A stretch of 64,000 nucleotides of DNA from Octopus sinensis (taxonomy: Eukaryota). Location of the stretch: contig NC_043008.1 of assembly GCF_006345805.1 (NCBI RefSeq), positions 55,304,001 through 55,368,000 on the forward strand, read 5' to 3'. The notes beneath the pieces were generated by a model. That model had not been told where the DNA came from and searched no databases. It was given only the letters and a program-made list of their open reading frames with translations. Positions within the stretch are counted from its first letter, which is position 1. The number at the start of each line of letters is the position of its first letter. Shown one piece after another: positions 50,746 to 62,072 of this stretch. The translations under genes and the position numbers were made by a program.

Positions 50746-53132
50746 AGTTTTAACATAGAACTGGTAGAGTATTTGAGATGGACATGTCCAGTTTAAATGC
50801 TTAAGAGTTGCTGTATCAGAAACTTTTTCCCCCTTGAACATGCACTGCTAAAATTAGAGTGCATTTTATATGCCTACGTCTTTAATGCCATCAAATGCCT
50901 TTTATTTTCCAACAAAACTATGGAAACTAAAGAGATGATTTACTAGAGATTGAGCTGCCATTACATACAACTTGGAGGAAAATTATTCATTGATAACCAG
51001 TGGAAGACATTCATGGTATACTATTTGGACACTATAATTTATGAAGAGATCACTAAGATTGTATTAGTAGATTGTTGTAAACTTTCAATTAATGTCTGCT
51101 GTTTTCAAACGATTTGATATTTTACCAAAAGCCGTTTCACCAATTTAACTGAACCCTTTGATCATCCGCTTATCTCAGATCATCATCATCATCATCATCG
51201 TTTAACGTCCATTCTCCATGCTAGCATGGGTTGGACGGTTCGACTGGGGATCTGGGAAGCCAGAAGGCTGCACCAGGCTCCGGTCTTATCTGGCAATGTT
51301 TCTACAGCTGGATGCCTTTCCTAACGCCAACCACTCCGTGAGTGTAGTGGGTGCTTTTTACGTGCCACCTGCACTGGTGCCAGACGAGGCTGGCATTGGC
51401 CAAGGTCGGATTGGTGCATTTTACGTGCCACCTGCACGGAAGCCAGTCGAGGCAGCACTGGCTTCGGCCACGATTCGGATGGTGCTTTTTACGTGCCACG
51501 TTAAAAGTATTGGTTTATGATGCTGGAAATTCTAGAGATTACCGTTTCATGTTAGTTCTTTGGCAGAAGATGCTATTCAAAAACATTGGTATTTACTCCA
51601 TCTCACAGTAAACAAATACACACAGTTCTTGAAGAAGTAAGTGGCAGTGCTGCTGCTACTGATGCTAATAAAAGCAATACTTATTGAATAAGGCAAAAGC
51701 ATCTTTTGTTGTAGTTGTTGCTGTAATTGTTTGATGGGAACAGATTGCTGGAATTAAGGAAACACAAGATGGGGAGATATTTTAAATGACCTCAAATTGT
51801 ATCTCATACATTATTTTAAAAGATGGATACTGAAGAAAAAAGGAAAAGAGATGACATCTAGAGTACCAGAGAGCAGGAGTCCTTGAGTCCGTGATGATCT
51901 AGGTTGATGACCTGGTTCTGACTCTTTGATTAGAGTAGCTATTTCCTTGCTCTTAAAGCAAAGCAGAAACATCAGTTTTCATTTTTCCTCCTCCTCAAAG
52001 TTTTATAAGCTTAATGTCTAGCTGGAGAAATCATATAAGCCACCCCACCATACACACACATACATACACTTAGATAATGAAGCAGAAAACAGCAAAACAA
52101 CTCAATTTTCTGCAACAGGATGTGTTTTTTTTAAAGAAAAACAAGCATAGATTTTAACTGTAGTATGGTGTAAAAATAATTCTGTTTATTTATGGGAAGA
52201 GCTGATAAGATGGGGTGATTATATGAAAACAATTATTTTTATCGTTGTATTATTTTGTTTAAATTTCAGATGTCTTGTTTCTCGTTTTATATATTTTTTC
52301 TATTTGTGTTTACTTCCAGGTAGAAAAGCAAGTAGCCTAGTGTTGGGTCCCTGATCAATTCCTGGACTAGGAAATGCATCACATCCTTGAGCAAGGTAAT
52401 TCATTTTATGTTGCTTCATTCTACTCAGCTGAAAATAAATACAGTCAAATGCTAGTACAGTTGTCTCTCCTTCCAGCCTTGATATTCCACCGGGTCAAGG
52501 GTGAGAGAGCCAAGGCGATTTGTGTCTGCTTGCAACTACACAGGCATTTAAAAGAATAAGTGAAACCATGGTACATGCTACCAAGTCAAACTTGCTTGCA
52601 AGTGACAGCCATGATATTTCTCAATCTGGTATGCAGAATATTCTATAGCAGAAACATTTCCCAGTGAAAATAAATGATTATGACACTTTGAAATCAGTGA
52701 AAACTTTAAAAAAAAAAAAATATTGCTGAAAACTACATTGTTTGTATGAAAGGAAAAATAAAGAAAAAACCCTAAAATTTCAGGATTCAGCATAATGGAT
52801 GTAACAAGGTTTGAACTCATGACAATATATTCAATATTTTAGATCCTGTAACTTCTTAGTCTTTAATATTTATATCCAATGTCAAAGGAAGAATAAGAAT
52901 CCATAGTCTTGATTCACATTTCTGGCTTGATATAGCAGTAGAGTTTAGACATTGTTGATTCAACAGACTTATTTGACAACAAACATTTGTTGTCAAATCT
53001 CTTGCTCTCTCTCTCTCCATGTGAGCACATTTCTCTGTGTCTATGAGGAGAGGGAAAAGTTTCATGTTCAGCAATTCCTTCAGATGGCTTGAAGATTTAT
53101 ATCAAAAGTGTTCATACTTCAGAGTAGGTCTT

Positions 53133-53531
53133 ACTCTTAAACTCGTTTCAGTCATTTGACAGTGGCCATGCTGGAGCACCGCCTTTTGCCAAACAAATCG
53201 ACCCCAGGACTTATTCTTTGTAAGCCTAGTACTTATTCTATCAGTTCCTTTTGCCAAATCGCTAAGTTATGGAGATGTAAACACACCAGTACCGGTTGTC
53301 AAGCAATGTTGGGGGGACAAACACAGACACACAAACATATACACGTACATATATATATATATATATACACGATGGGCTTTTAGTTTCCATCTACCAAATC
53401 CACTCGCAAGGCTTTGGTTGGCCCAAGGCTATAGTGGAAGACACTTGCCCAAGGTGCCACGCAGTGGGACTGAACCTGGAATAATGTGGTTCGCAAGCAA
53501 GCTACTTACCACACAGCCACTCCTATGCCTA
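53133..53531 (-). mobile_element. SINE family A
   Basis: Reverse family A; the uninterrupted paralogous site is at 49596-49725. Confidence 0.9.
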
Positions 53532-53880
53532 TGGAACCTGGTCAGAAAAATACAGTAACTATTACAACTTTCAATCTGTAGAAAAAGATGCATTAAAAAT
53601 TACATCCCCACTCTCTTGCTCTCTCTATGTGAGCACATTTCTCCATGTATATGAGGTGAGGGAAACGTTTTATGCCAGTCATGTTCAGTTGGTATTTTGC
53701 AATGTCCTCTCTCCTCTATGTATGAGTATTCAGTGCTAAAAAAGTACTGTTACCATAACAGGTTTAATGTTCAGTCAACCATGCCAAATCTCAAACATCC
53801 AAGCAACTGTGAATGATCATCTTATCCTGAAAGTATCAGTTCTTGTTCTTGCTGTTTAGCCCCTGGTCGACCTTGATTAA

Positions 53881-54100
53881 CCCTTTAGTGTTTAAACCGG
53901 CCATATCAGGCCAAAATAGTCTTCTTGTTTTATGTTCAAACCAGCCAGCTCTGACCTCTCACACCTACCCTACAAAGTCATTCTAAAAATATACAGGGAC
54001 AACATCAAAATCTCAGAGTTACAAGATGCTGTACAATTAATTTAAAACAATGTGATTAAACAGGCTTTACATTTGACAGATTAATCTGAATGTTAAAGGG
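53881..54100. mobile_element. piggyBac-like MITE, 220 bp
   Basis: CCCTTT...AAAGGG ends with TTAA on both sides; second copy at 60633-60851. Confidence 0.85.
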
Positions 54101-54324
54101 TTAAGCAGACTTATGTTCAAAATTATTCCAGCTATGAAGTAGGATGTATAATGACTGCTGTAGACAAGTCCCGATTAAGTGAGCTCTAATTGATGGACCT
54201 CAATCTAGAGTTATAGATTCCACTACACTAAGGTATTGTGAGTTTTCTAGTATGCATCCCCACTGTGTGTGTGTAATTGTGGATGTTTTTTGGGACAGAA
54301 ATAGTCCACGTGTATATTCATCTC

Positions 54325-56294
54325 TGCACCACTGAGGCTATATTCCTGGTAAGACAGCTGCAGGAGAAATACCTAGCCAAAGATAAACCTCTGTACCTGG
54401 CTTTCGTTGACATGGAGAGAGCCTTTGACAGGGTCCCCCGATCCCTTATCTGGCGGTCAATGAGGAAACTAGGGATAGATGAATGGTTAGTGAGAGCTGT
54501 GCAAGCCATGTACAAGGATGCTGTCAGTAAATGAGGGTTGGCAACGAGTACAGTGAAGAATTCCGGGTAGAGGTAGGGATCCACCATGGTTCAGTCCTTA
54601 GCCCCCTCCTATTTATCATAGTTCTCCAGGCAATAACAGAGGAATTCAAGACAGGATGCCCTTGGGAGCTCCTCTATGCTGATGACCTTAGTCTAATTGC
54701 TGAGTCACTATCAGAACTAGAGGCGCAGTTTCAAGTATGGAATCAAGGATTAGAATTGAGGGGCCTTAGAATCAACCTAGCTAAAACCAAAGTCCTCATA
54801 TGTAGGAAGGCAAGCAAACCACAAACGCCTTCAGGTAGATGGCCCTGCTCGATCTGTAGAAAAAGTGTAGGTAGAAACTATAAGATGTACCCAGTGTAAG
54901 CTATGGACACATAAGAGGTGCAGCAATGTCAAAGGAATGCTAACTAGGAAGACAGTTTTGTATGTGGCAGATGCTCAGGAGCAATAAACACTGAAAATGT
55001 GCAGAGAATAACTTCTGCCACTTTCCAGGGAGAAAAACTAGAAGTAGTTGATAGCTTCCGTTACCTAGGTGATCAAGTCAGTAGTGGGGGCGAGTGTGCT
55101 GAAAGTGTAACTGCTAGAGTAAGAATAGCTTGTGCAAAGTTCAGAGAGCTCTTACCTCTGCTGTTGACAAAAGGCCTCTCGCTCAGAGTAAAAGGCAGAC
55201 TGTATGACGCATGTGTACGAACAGCCATGCTACATGGCAGTGAAACATGGGCCGTGACTGCTGAGGACATGTGTAAGCTCGCAAGGAATGAAGCCAGTAT
55301 TCTCCAATAGATGTGTAATGTCAGTGTACATAGACGACAGAGTGTAAGTACCTTGAGAGAAAAGCTGGACCTAAGAAGCATCAGATGTGGTGTGCAAGAG
55401 AGACAATTGCGCTGGTATGGTCATGTGGCGAGAATGGATGAAGATAGGTGTCTGTGTGTGTAAAAGTGCCACTCCCTAGCGGTTGCAGTAAAAGTGCCAC
55501 TCCTAGCGGTTGCAGGAACCTGGGACGAAGTGGTGAAGCACGACCTTCGAACATTAGGACTCACTGAGGCAATAACTAGTGACTGAGAACTTTGGAAATA
55601 TGCTGTGCGTGAGAAGACTTGGCAGGACAAGACATGGCCTTTACCAGGGATGTAGCCAGCCCACTTATGCATACCTTTCTTTCTTTGGACACAAAACTCT
55701 GCTTGCGAAGACCTGTTGGGGCAAGTGAAATCAAAATTGAACTAAATTCGATGACTGGCACCCGTGCCACTGGAGTATTAACAGCTCCATCCGAGCGGGA
55801 CCACTGCCAGAGCAGCTGTCTGGCTTCCGTGCCGGTGGGCATGTAAAAAGCACCTTTTGAGCATGATCGTTACGAGTGTCGCCTTACTGGCACGTGAACA
55901 AAACATTCAAGCGAGTTCGTTGCCAGTGCCACTGGACTGACTCCTGTGCAGGTGGCAAGTAAAGAAACGCCGTTTCGACCCTGTGCTTGAGGGGACCTAT
56001 TGAGTCAAGTACATCAAAAAATCAAATGGAAATTGTAGTTGTGATACCTGTGCTGGTGGCACGTAAAAAGCACCAACAGATCGTGGCCATTCCCAGCCTC
56101 ACCTGGCATCTGTGCTAGTGGCATGTAAAAAGCACCCACTACACTCACAGAGTGGTTGGCATTAGGAAGGGCATCCAGCTGTAGAAACACTGCCAGATCA
56201 GACTAGAGTCTGGTGCAGCCTCCTGGCTTCCCAGACCCCAGTCGAACCATCCAACCCATGCTAGCATGGAAAAAGGACGTTAAACGATGATGAT
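54325..56294 (+). mobile_element. 5'-truncated, disrupted RTE LINE with complete 3' UTR and (GAT)n tail
   Basis: LYLAFVDMERAFDRVP, GSVLSPLLF, ELLYADDL, VDSFRYLGD, MLHGSETWAVT, LRWYGHV; stops and frameshifts; 3' repeat array and tail. Confidence 0.95.
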
Positions 56295-56579
56295 CACAAG
56301 ACCTAGTCCCTAATGCAGTTTGGTGGCTTGTGTACCGCAATCTCTGAGAGCTAAGCTAGCAGAGCCACCCATGCTGGACATGGTCGAAAGAAAGACACCA
56401 GACTAATATGGACCAACACTTTCCCAAGATAAAAATGGGTTTACATAAGGCCAACACCCCTACCTAATAAAAAGCAAAGTTACAGAAGTGTCAATGTCAA
56501 TTCAAAACCAACAAGGCTTTCCTTCAAGGAAACAAATGCTTGAGGCAAACCTGAAAAAGTAACACAGAGTTGAGGACAG

Positions 56580-56730
56580 TAGGGAAAAATTTTCAAAAAC
56601 TTTTGGGGAAAATCTTCCCAATAACTTTTGAAAAATTTTTTGAAAATTTTCCTCAAAAATTTTTCCAAAATTTTTGAAAATTTCTATGAAAATTTATGGG
56701 GAAAATTTTTCAAAAACTTTGGGAAAAATT
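56580..56730. repeat. Low-complexity GAAAATTTTTCAAAA minisatellite
   Basis: Repeated self-complementary aaaatttt units. Confidence 0.7.
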
Positions 56731-59379
56731 TTGCAAAAGCATCACTTTATGATGAGGATGATAATGATGATGTCCATTTACAACCATCAGATCTTGTCTA
56801 GAAAAGGGTACATACAAATACACACAATGAGCTTCTATCGGCTTCCATCTGATAAATCCACTCACAAGGCTTTGGTTGACCCAGAAGCCACATTAGAAGA
56901 CACTTACCCATGGTGCCACACAGTCAGAATCCAAAACCCTGTGGTGGTTGGGAAGCAAAATTCTTAACTATGATGCCAAGCCTTCTTGGCAATAAAACAA
57001 AACCAAACAAAAAAGAAAATTTACTCCATCAAAAAACGATCAATGTTAATATATTTGCTTTGAGAATATTTCTCCTTACAACAACGTTGGACAACATTGG
57101 AAATCTGAACACATACACTGTAAACGTATCATTTATTCAACTGCAGAGGTTTCTACAAGACATCTGAATTACTTTACTTCCTTCTGTCTTTCCTTTCATT
57201 TTTGTCCATAGAAAACAATTGTAAAATTTGATTGGAGAAGTAAAAAATAATAATAATAATAATAATTATAATAATAATAATTATAATAATAATAAAATTC
57301 AGAGTTTAAAAAATAAAGAGTTTTTGTGTTGTTTTGTTTTTTGGTTTTTCTTTTAAATTAAGGAAAAATGTTTAAATCTATGTCAGTGTGAACTCACAAC
57401 AATGCTCTCTTCTTTCTCTCGTCCTTTACGCTCTTTCTTCTCAACAAATTAACAAACAGAAATTTAACAATTTATAAGCTGATAAAACTGTGTCCAATAA
57501 CAGAACAGAATTTAGAAATGATTACATGTATGTATATGTGCCTGCACATGTGTATGTGATGTATGTGTGTATATGTATGCATGTGTGTGTGTATATATGT
57601 ACGTATATTATATATATATATATTTATACATATACACACACAAAAGCATATGTAAAAATGAATGTGTATTTATATATTTATTACACACATATATGCAAAT
57701 GTATGTGTGTATATATATATATATATATGCACATACATACGTGTGCACACAAGCATACACGCACACACACACACCACACACACATACATACATGGCATCC
57801 GCTTTTCGTTCCTTCTTTCGACTGCTTAGAATCTTCCTCTGCTGTGTTGAAGTGAATCAATCCTTCTCCAAAGACTCCAAAGAAAGCAATGGAATATTTT
57901 TTTCAAAAACTCTAAGAAACATTAAAGATGATTGCAATCAACACAATGCACCTAATTCTTATAGGTTTTTCTTGTTCTTTTTTTTTCTTTTTTTTGTTGT
58001 TGTTGTTGTTATATTTTCTTTCTTTTAATTGTTTGGTTTTGTTCCTTTTTTTTTTAATCATTATTATTATTAGTTATTTATTTATTAATTTTGTTATATA
58101 CAGCCATTCCCAAACTAAATACTTTCAATTCTTTTTAGGGGGTGGGGGTGGGGGAAAGGTATTTTCTTTTGTTATTTCTTTAACAATATTTCTTCGGTAG
58201 CTTCAGCATCATCATCTTTTTCTCCTTCTTCTTCTGTATCCAACGTGTGAATTAAAAGGGGGAGGATGGTTTTAAGAATTGCAGGAACACAAGAAAAGAA
58301 GAATTTTCTAAGCTGATAAAAACAGATGCAGCATCTGTGACAAGATCAGTGTTCTTCATCCTTGCAGTTCTTGTGGACAATATATCATAGCTACTGTGTT
58401 GTTGTTGCTGTTATTGTTAGTGCTGGTATCCGTGACCATCATCATCAACATTATCATCATTATCATCATCCTTAGAACAGTTATCAATGTTGCACTTGTT
58501 GTTGTAGATATCATAACGCACTTCATCATCATCATCATCATTACAGCTATCACTGACATCATCATCATCATATTTATAACAATTATCAAACATCAAACTT
58601 ATTAATATATTTGTTGTTACTGTTGTTGTTGTGGCCCTTGATAAAAAAGGGTCGATTTCCTTTACTGTTGCGTTTATTATTTTTCGTCTTCCTTTTTTTT
58701 ATTTTTGAAATTTTTGTATTCATCTCCCTCCCACACCCTTGGAAAGCACCCCCACCCACCCCCACCCCCAGGGGGGCCCAACACACGTGCACGATGTTCT
58801 GTAAATAGGTAATAATAAATTACTGGGAAATAATAATTAGGTGGAAAAAAAAAAAAAGGTAGAATATCTTGCAGGTGCAACAAATGTTTTTATATGTTTG
58901 AGTAGATTAGATTATGTATATGGTGGTGGTGGTGGAGGTGAGGAGGAGGAGAAGGAGGAAGTGGTGGTGAACTGGCTCTGCCAATACAAAAACCACACAC
59001 AAACATATAAAAAAAAATGTGGTGGTAGTGGGGGAAAGGGAGGGGGGAAACAATCAGCAATGAGATCAGAAGTGCTCTGCCTCCCATACTATACTTTGAT
59101 TGGAGATTAAAAAAAAAATTTTTTTAAAAAAACAAAAAAAGATGTCTAGCTTGGATGGAAGTGGGTCCAACAGCTAAAAAAGCTGAGAGGTGTTAATTTG
59201 GTGTAATACCATTTGACTGGCTACTTGGTGGTGTGATGGCGATGAACATGGTCCTAACAGAAACTTCACTGGTCTATCAAGTTGACAGGTAAATTTCTGC
59301 CAGAAAGAAAGAGAGAAAAAACAAAAAAAGATTAAAATATTTTAAATGATATTATCTGATAACAATGATAACAAACCTT

Positions 59380-59838
59380 TCTACTATAGAGATTTCAAAC
59401 TTAAAATCTTCAAAGCCACAGTCAAACCAATTCTACTACATGGCTCAGAAACCTGGACGTTATCAAAGAAGCTTGAGAGGCAGTTGAATGGAACTTACAC
59501 TCGCCTCCTTATGAGAGCTCAAAATCTCTAGTGGAAGCATCATCCAACCAAAGTACAAATATATGAGAAACTACCACCTGTGTCTTCTCTTGTGAAAGGT
59601 AGAAGAGTCCAGTTTGCTGGACATTGTTGTAGAGCTGAAAATGAGGATAATTTCTCCTCTTCTCCTTTGGAAGCCATCTGCTCGCGATACCGGAGGGCAC
59701 ACACTCTCCTACCCTGATGTAATCTCCAGGGATACAGGCATCCAGCAACAGGACCTCCGTAATGCCATGATGGACCGTGAAGTCTGGCGTAACATAGTAA
59801 ATTCCATTGTCTCGACCACGTTCGAACAATGATGATGA
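59380..59838 (+). mobile_element. 3' fragment of a second RTE-type LINE family
   Basis: IFKATVKPILLHGSETWTL...RRVQFAGHC...MMDREVWRNIV, one in-frame stop, short (GAT)n tail. Confidence 0.8.
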
Positions 59839-60199
59839 CTATAGGCTCAAGGCCCAAAAATTTTCGGGAAAGAGGCTAGTCAATTCCATCGACCCCCAGT
59901 GCTTGACTGGTACTTAGCCTTTCATCCTACCAGGGTCGATAAACTAAGTCAACCTTGGCTGCATTTCAACTTAGAAATGTAAGGTTGGAAGAAATGAAAT
60001 GCCATAAAGCATTTGGCCCAGCATGCTAACAGTTCTGTTGGCTCATAGCCTTAATAATAATAATAATAATTTCTTTATTGTCCACAAGGCCTGCAAAAAT
60101 ATTTAAAACCATACAAATGATAGTGGTGATTTACATAGAAACGTTAACAGTAAAATAATAACAAATTGCAAAAAATCTTTAAAAAATTCCCAATACTGG

Positions 60200-60600
60200 T
60201 GAAAATGGACAACCAAAGAATCCCACAGATCCCGAGTCACACTACTCACCAAGAGTACCATAGCATACCTTGGCCTATAGATACCTGCTTAGAGTAGGCC
60301 CACTCACTCAGACCATCCTCGCCACATTCATCCACCTTTCAAAATATTTACTGGGTGGCACCATATCCTTCTCAACCTCCACTTTTTTAAAATGTCAATA
60401 AGACCTTGGCTAAAGAGGAAATTATCTAACTTCAAACCTTTCAGTCTTGTCTACCACAAAACCTCTTTCGCCATAGACACCAGACAGAGGAAAACTGCCT
60501 GTTCTTCCCAACCAAAAGAAGGCAGTGAGGGTGATCTTCAGAATGGGAGTTGGCTGACAGGGGGACACGTCCTACATGTGACAGCAGCTGTTTGACATAA
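60200..60600 (-). mobile_element. Possible L1/Tx1-type LINE C-terminal remnant
   Basis: Minus-strand FFKFHLKRKVEVEK...FERWMNV-like reading; weak recall-based match. Confidence 0.3.
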
Positions 60601-60632
60601 TACCATGAAACAGCAATGCTCAAGTGCCTAAA

Positions 60633-60851
60633 CCCTTTAGTATTTAAACCAGCCATATCCGGCCAAAATATTTAATCTGTTTTATGTTCAAACTGATCAG
60701 ATCCAGGCTCTCACACCTACCCTACAATGTTATTCTACATTAGGTAATTACACCATCAAGATCTTGAAGATATGAGAAAATGCATGATTAATTCAAATCT
60801 ATGTGAATCAATAAACATTATGTTTGATAGAATAATCAGAACACTAAAGGG
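60633..60851. mobile_element. piggyBac-like MITE (same family as 53881)
   Basis: ccctttagtatt / aacactaaaggg ends; TAAA left and TTAA right. Confidence 0.8.
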
Positions 60852-61289
60852 TTAATAAAAATAATAATTCTTTCTACTATAGGAACTTGGCTTTAAATTG
60901 GGGGCTAGTCTATTACATTGACCTCAGTATGCAACGCAACTTGTTGCATTGACCCTGAAAGGATGGAAGGCAAAGTCCACCTCAGCAGAATATGAACTCG
61001 GAACATAAAGATGGAGGAAGTGCCACTAAGCATTTTGTGCAACCAGCTCACTGCTTTAATAACAATGGTAACAAGAGCACTCAGACAGTGCAAACCTCCG
61101 CTAAGGCAACACCAACATCCTCTCAATGATTAGCCAGAGATGCTTTTTAAAATGAGAATATCTGAAATAAACTCGACTGTTCTCACAAACAAGAATACTA
61201 AAAATGAATCTCACTACTCTAAAAAATTTAGTAAAAAAACAAGAAAAATAATCCAGAATTCTTGTCCGGTACTGGATCGATCCCAAAAT

Positions 61290-61436
61290 ATAATCAATTC
61301 ATGCCAGTCATGAGTCCAAACATCCCTGAAAGTTTCATCCGAATCCATCCAGCAGTTCTTGAAATATCTTCTCCATGGACAAATGAACAAACACGACTGG
61401 AACCAAAACCTCCGCCTTCGTTAAGGCCGAGGTAAT
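61290..61436 (+). mobile_element. Possible Helentron/DINE-like 3' end
   Basis: aagtttcatccgaatccatccagcagttc motif and terminal hairpin acctccgcctt-cgtt-aaggccgaggt. Confidence 0.35.
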
Positions 61437-61900
61437 AATGATCCTTTTTACTATAGGCACAAGGTCTGAAATTTTGTGGGAGGGGAATAGTCAATTACAT
61501 TGATCCCAGTAATGAAACAGTAGGACCAACATCTTTAGAGTTATGACTTTAAAATGAGAAACCTGACTTGACCAACAATCACAATTAGCAATATCTTAAT
61601 TGTGATATCAATATTTTGCCAAATTAAAAAATTCAAAAATAACAAAATAACTTGTGCCAAAATTTGAAATCATTATTTTTTAACAAGACCAGCAATTTCA
61701 AGAGTGTGTGTATATATGTAGTTGATGGCTGATCGATTATACTGACCCATGTTCAGCTGGTACTTATTTTTATTGACCCTGAAATGGTGAAAAGCAAAGT
61801 TGACCTCAGTGGAAATTGAGCTCAAGAACGTAGAGATGGAGAAGATGCTGTTAAGCATTTTGCCTAGTGTACAAATGAGTCTGCCAGCTCACCGACTTAA

Positions 61901-62029
61901 CCCTTTCATTACCAACCCGGCTGAAACTAGCTGAATGATCACTAAGTTATTTTACTAAATTCTTTGTTATATTTAAGATTAATTGAAAGAAAAACAGAGC
62001 TTCTCAAAATAAATACAGTAATGAAAGGG
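61901..62029. mobile_element. 129-bp piggyBac-like MITE
   Basis: Perfect 12-bp TIR CCCTTTCATTAC; TTAA at 61897-61900 and 62030-62033. Confidence 0.85.
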
Positions 62030-62072
62030 TTAATTTTTTAAAAATAAATAAATAAAATAGCGCTACTGACCT

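Noticed and set aside
54277-55310. RT-like ORFs as an active LINE or host gene
   Set aside because: 5'-truncated, with no endonuclease and several stops and frameshifts.
57793-58028. ORF MASAFRSFFRLLRIFLCC... with hydrophobic tail
   Set aside because: It starts in a microsatellite and ends in a T-rich tract; no family resemblance or splice support.
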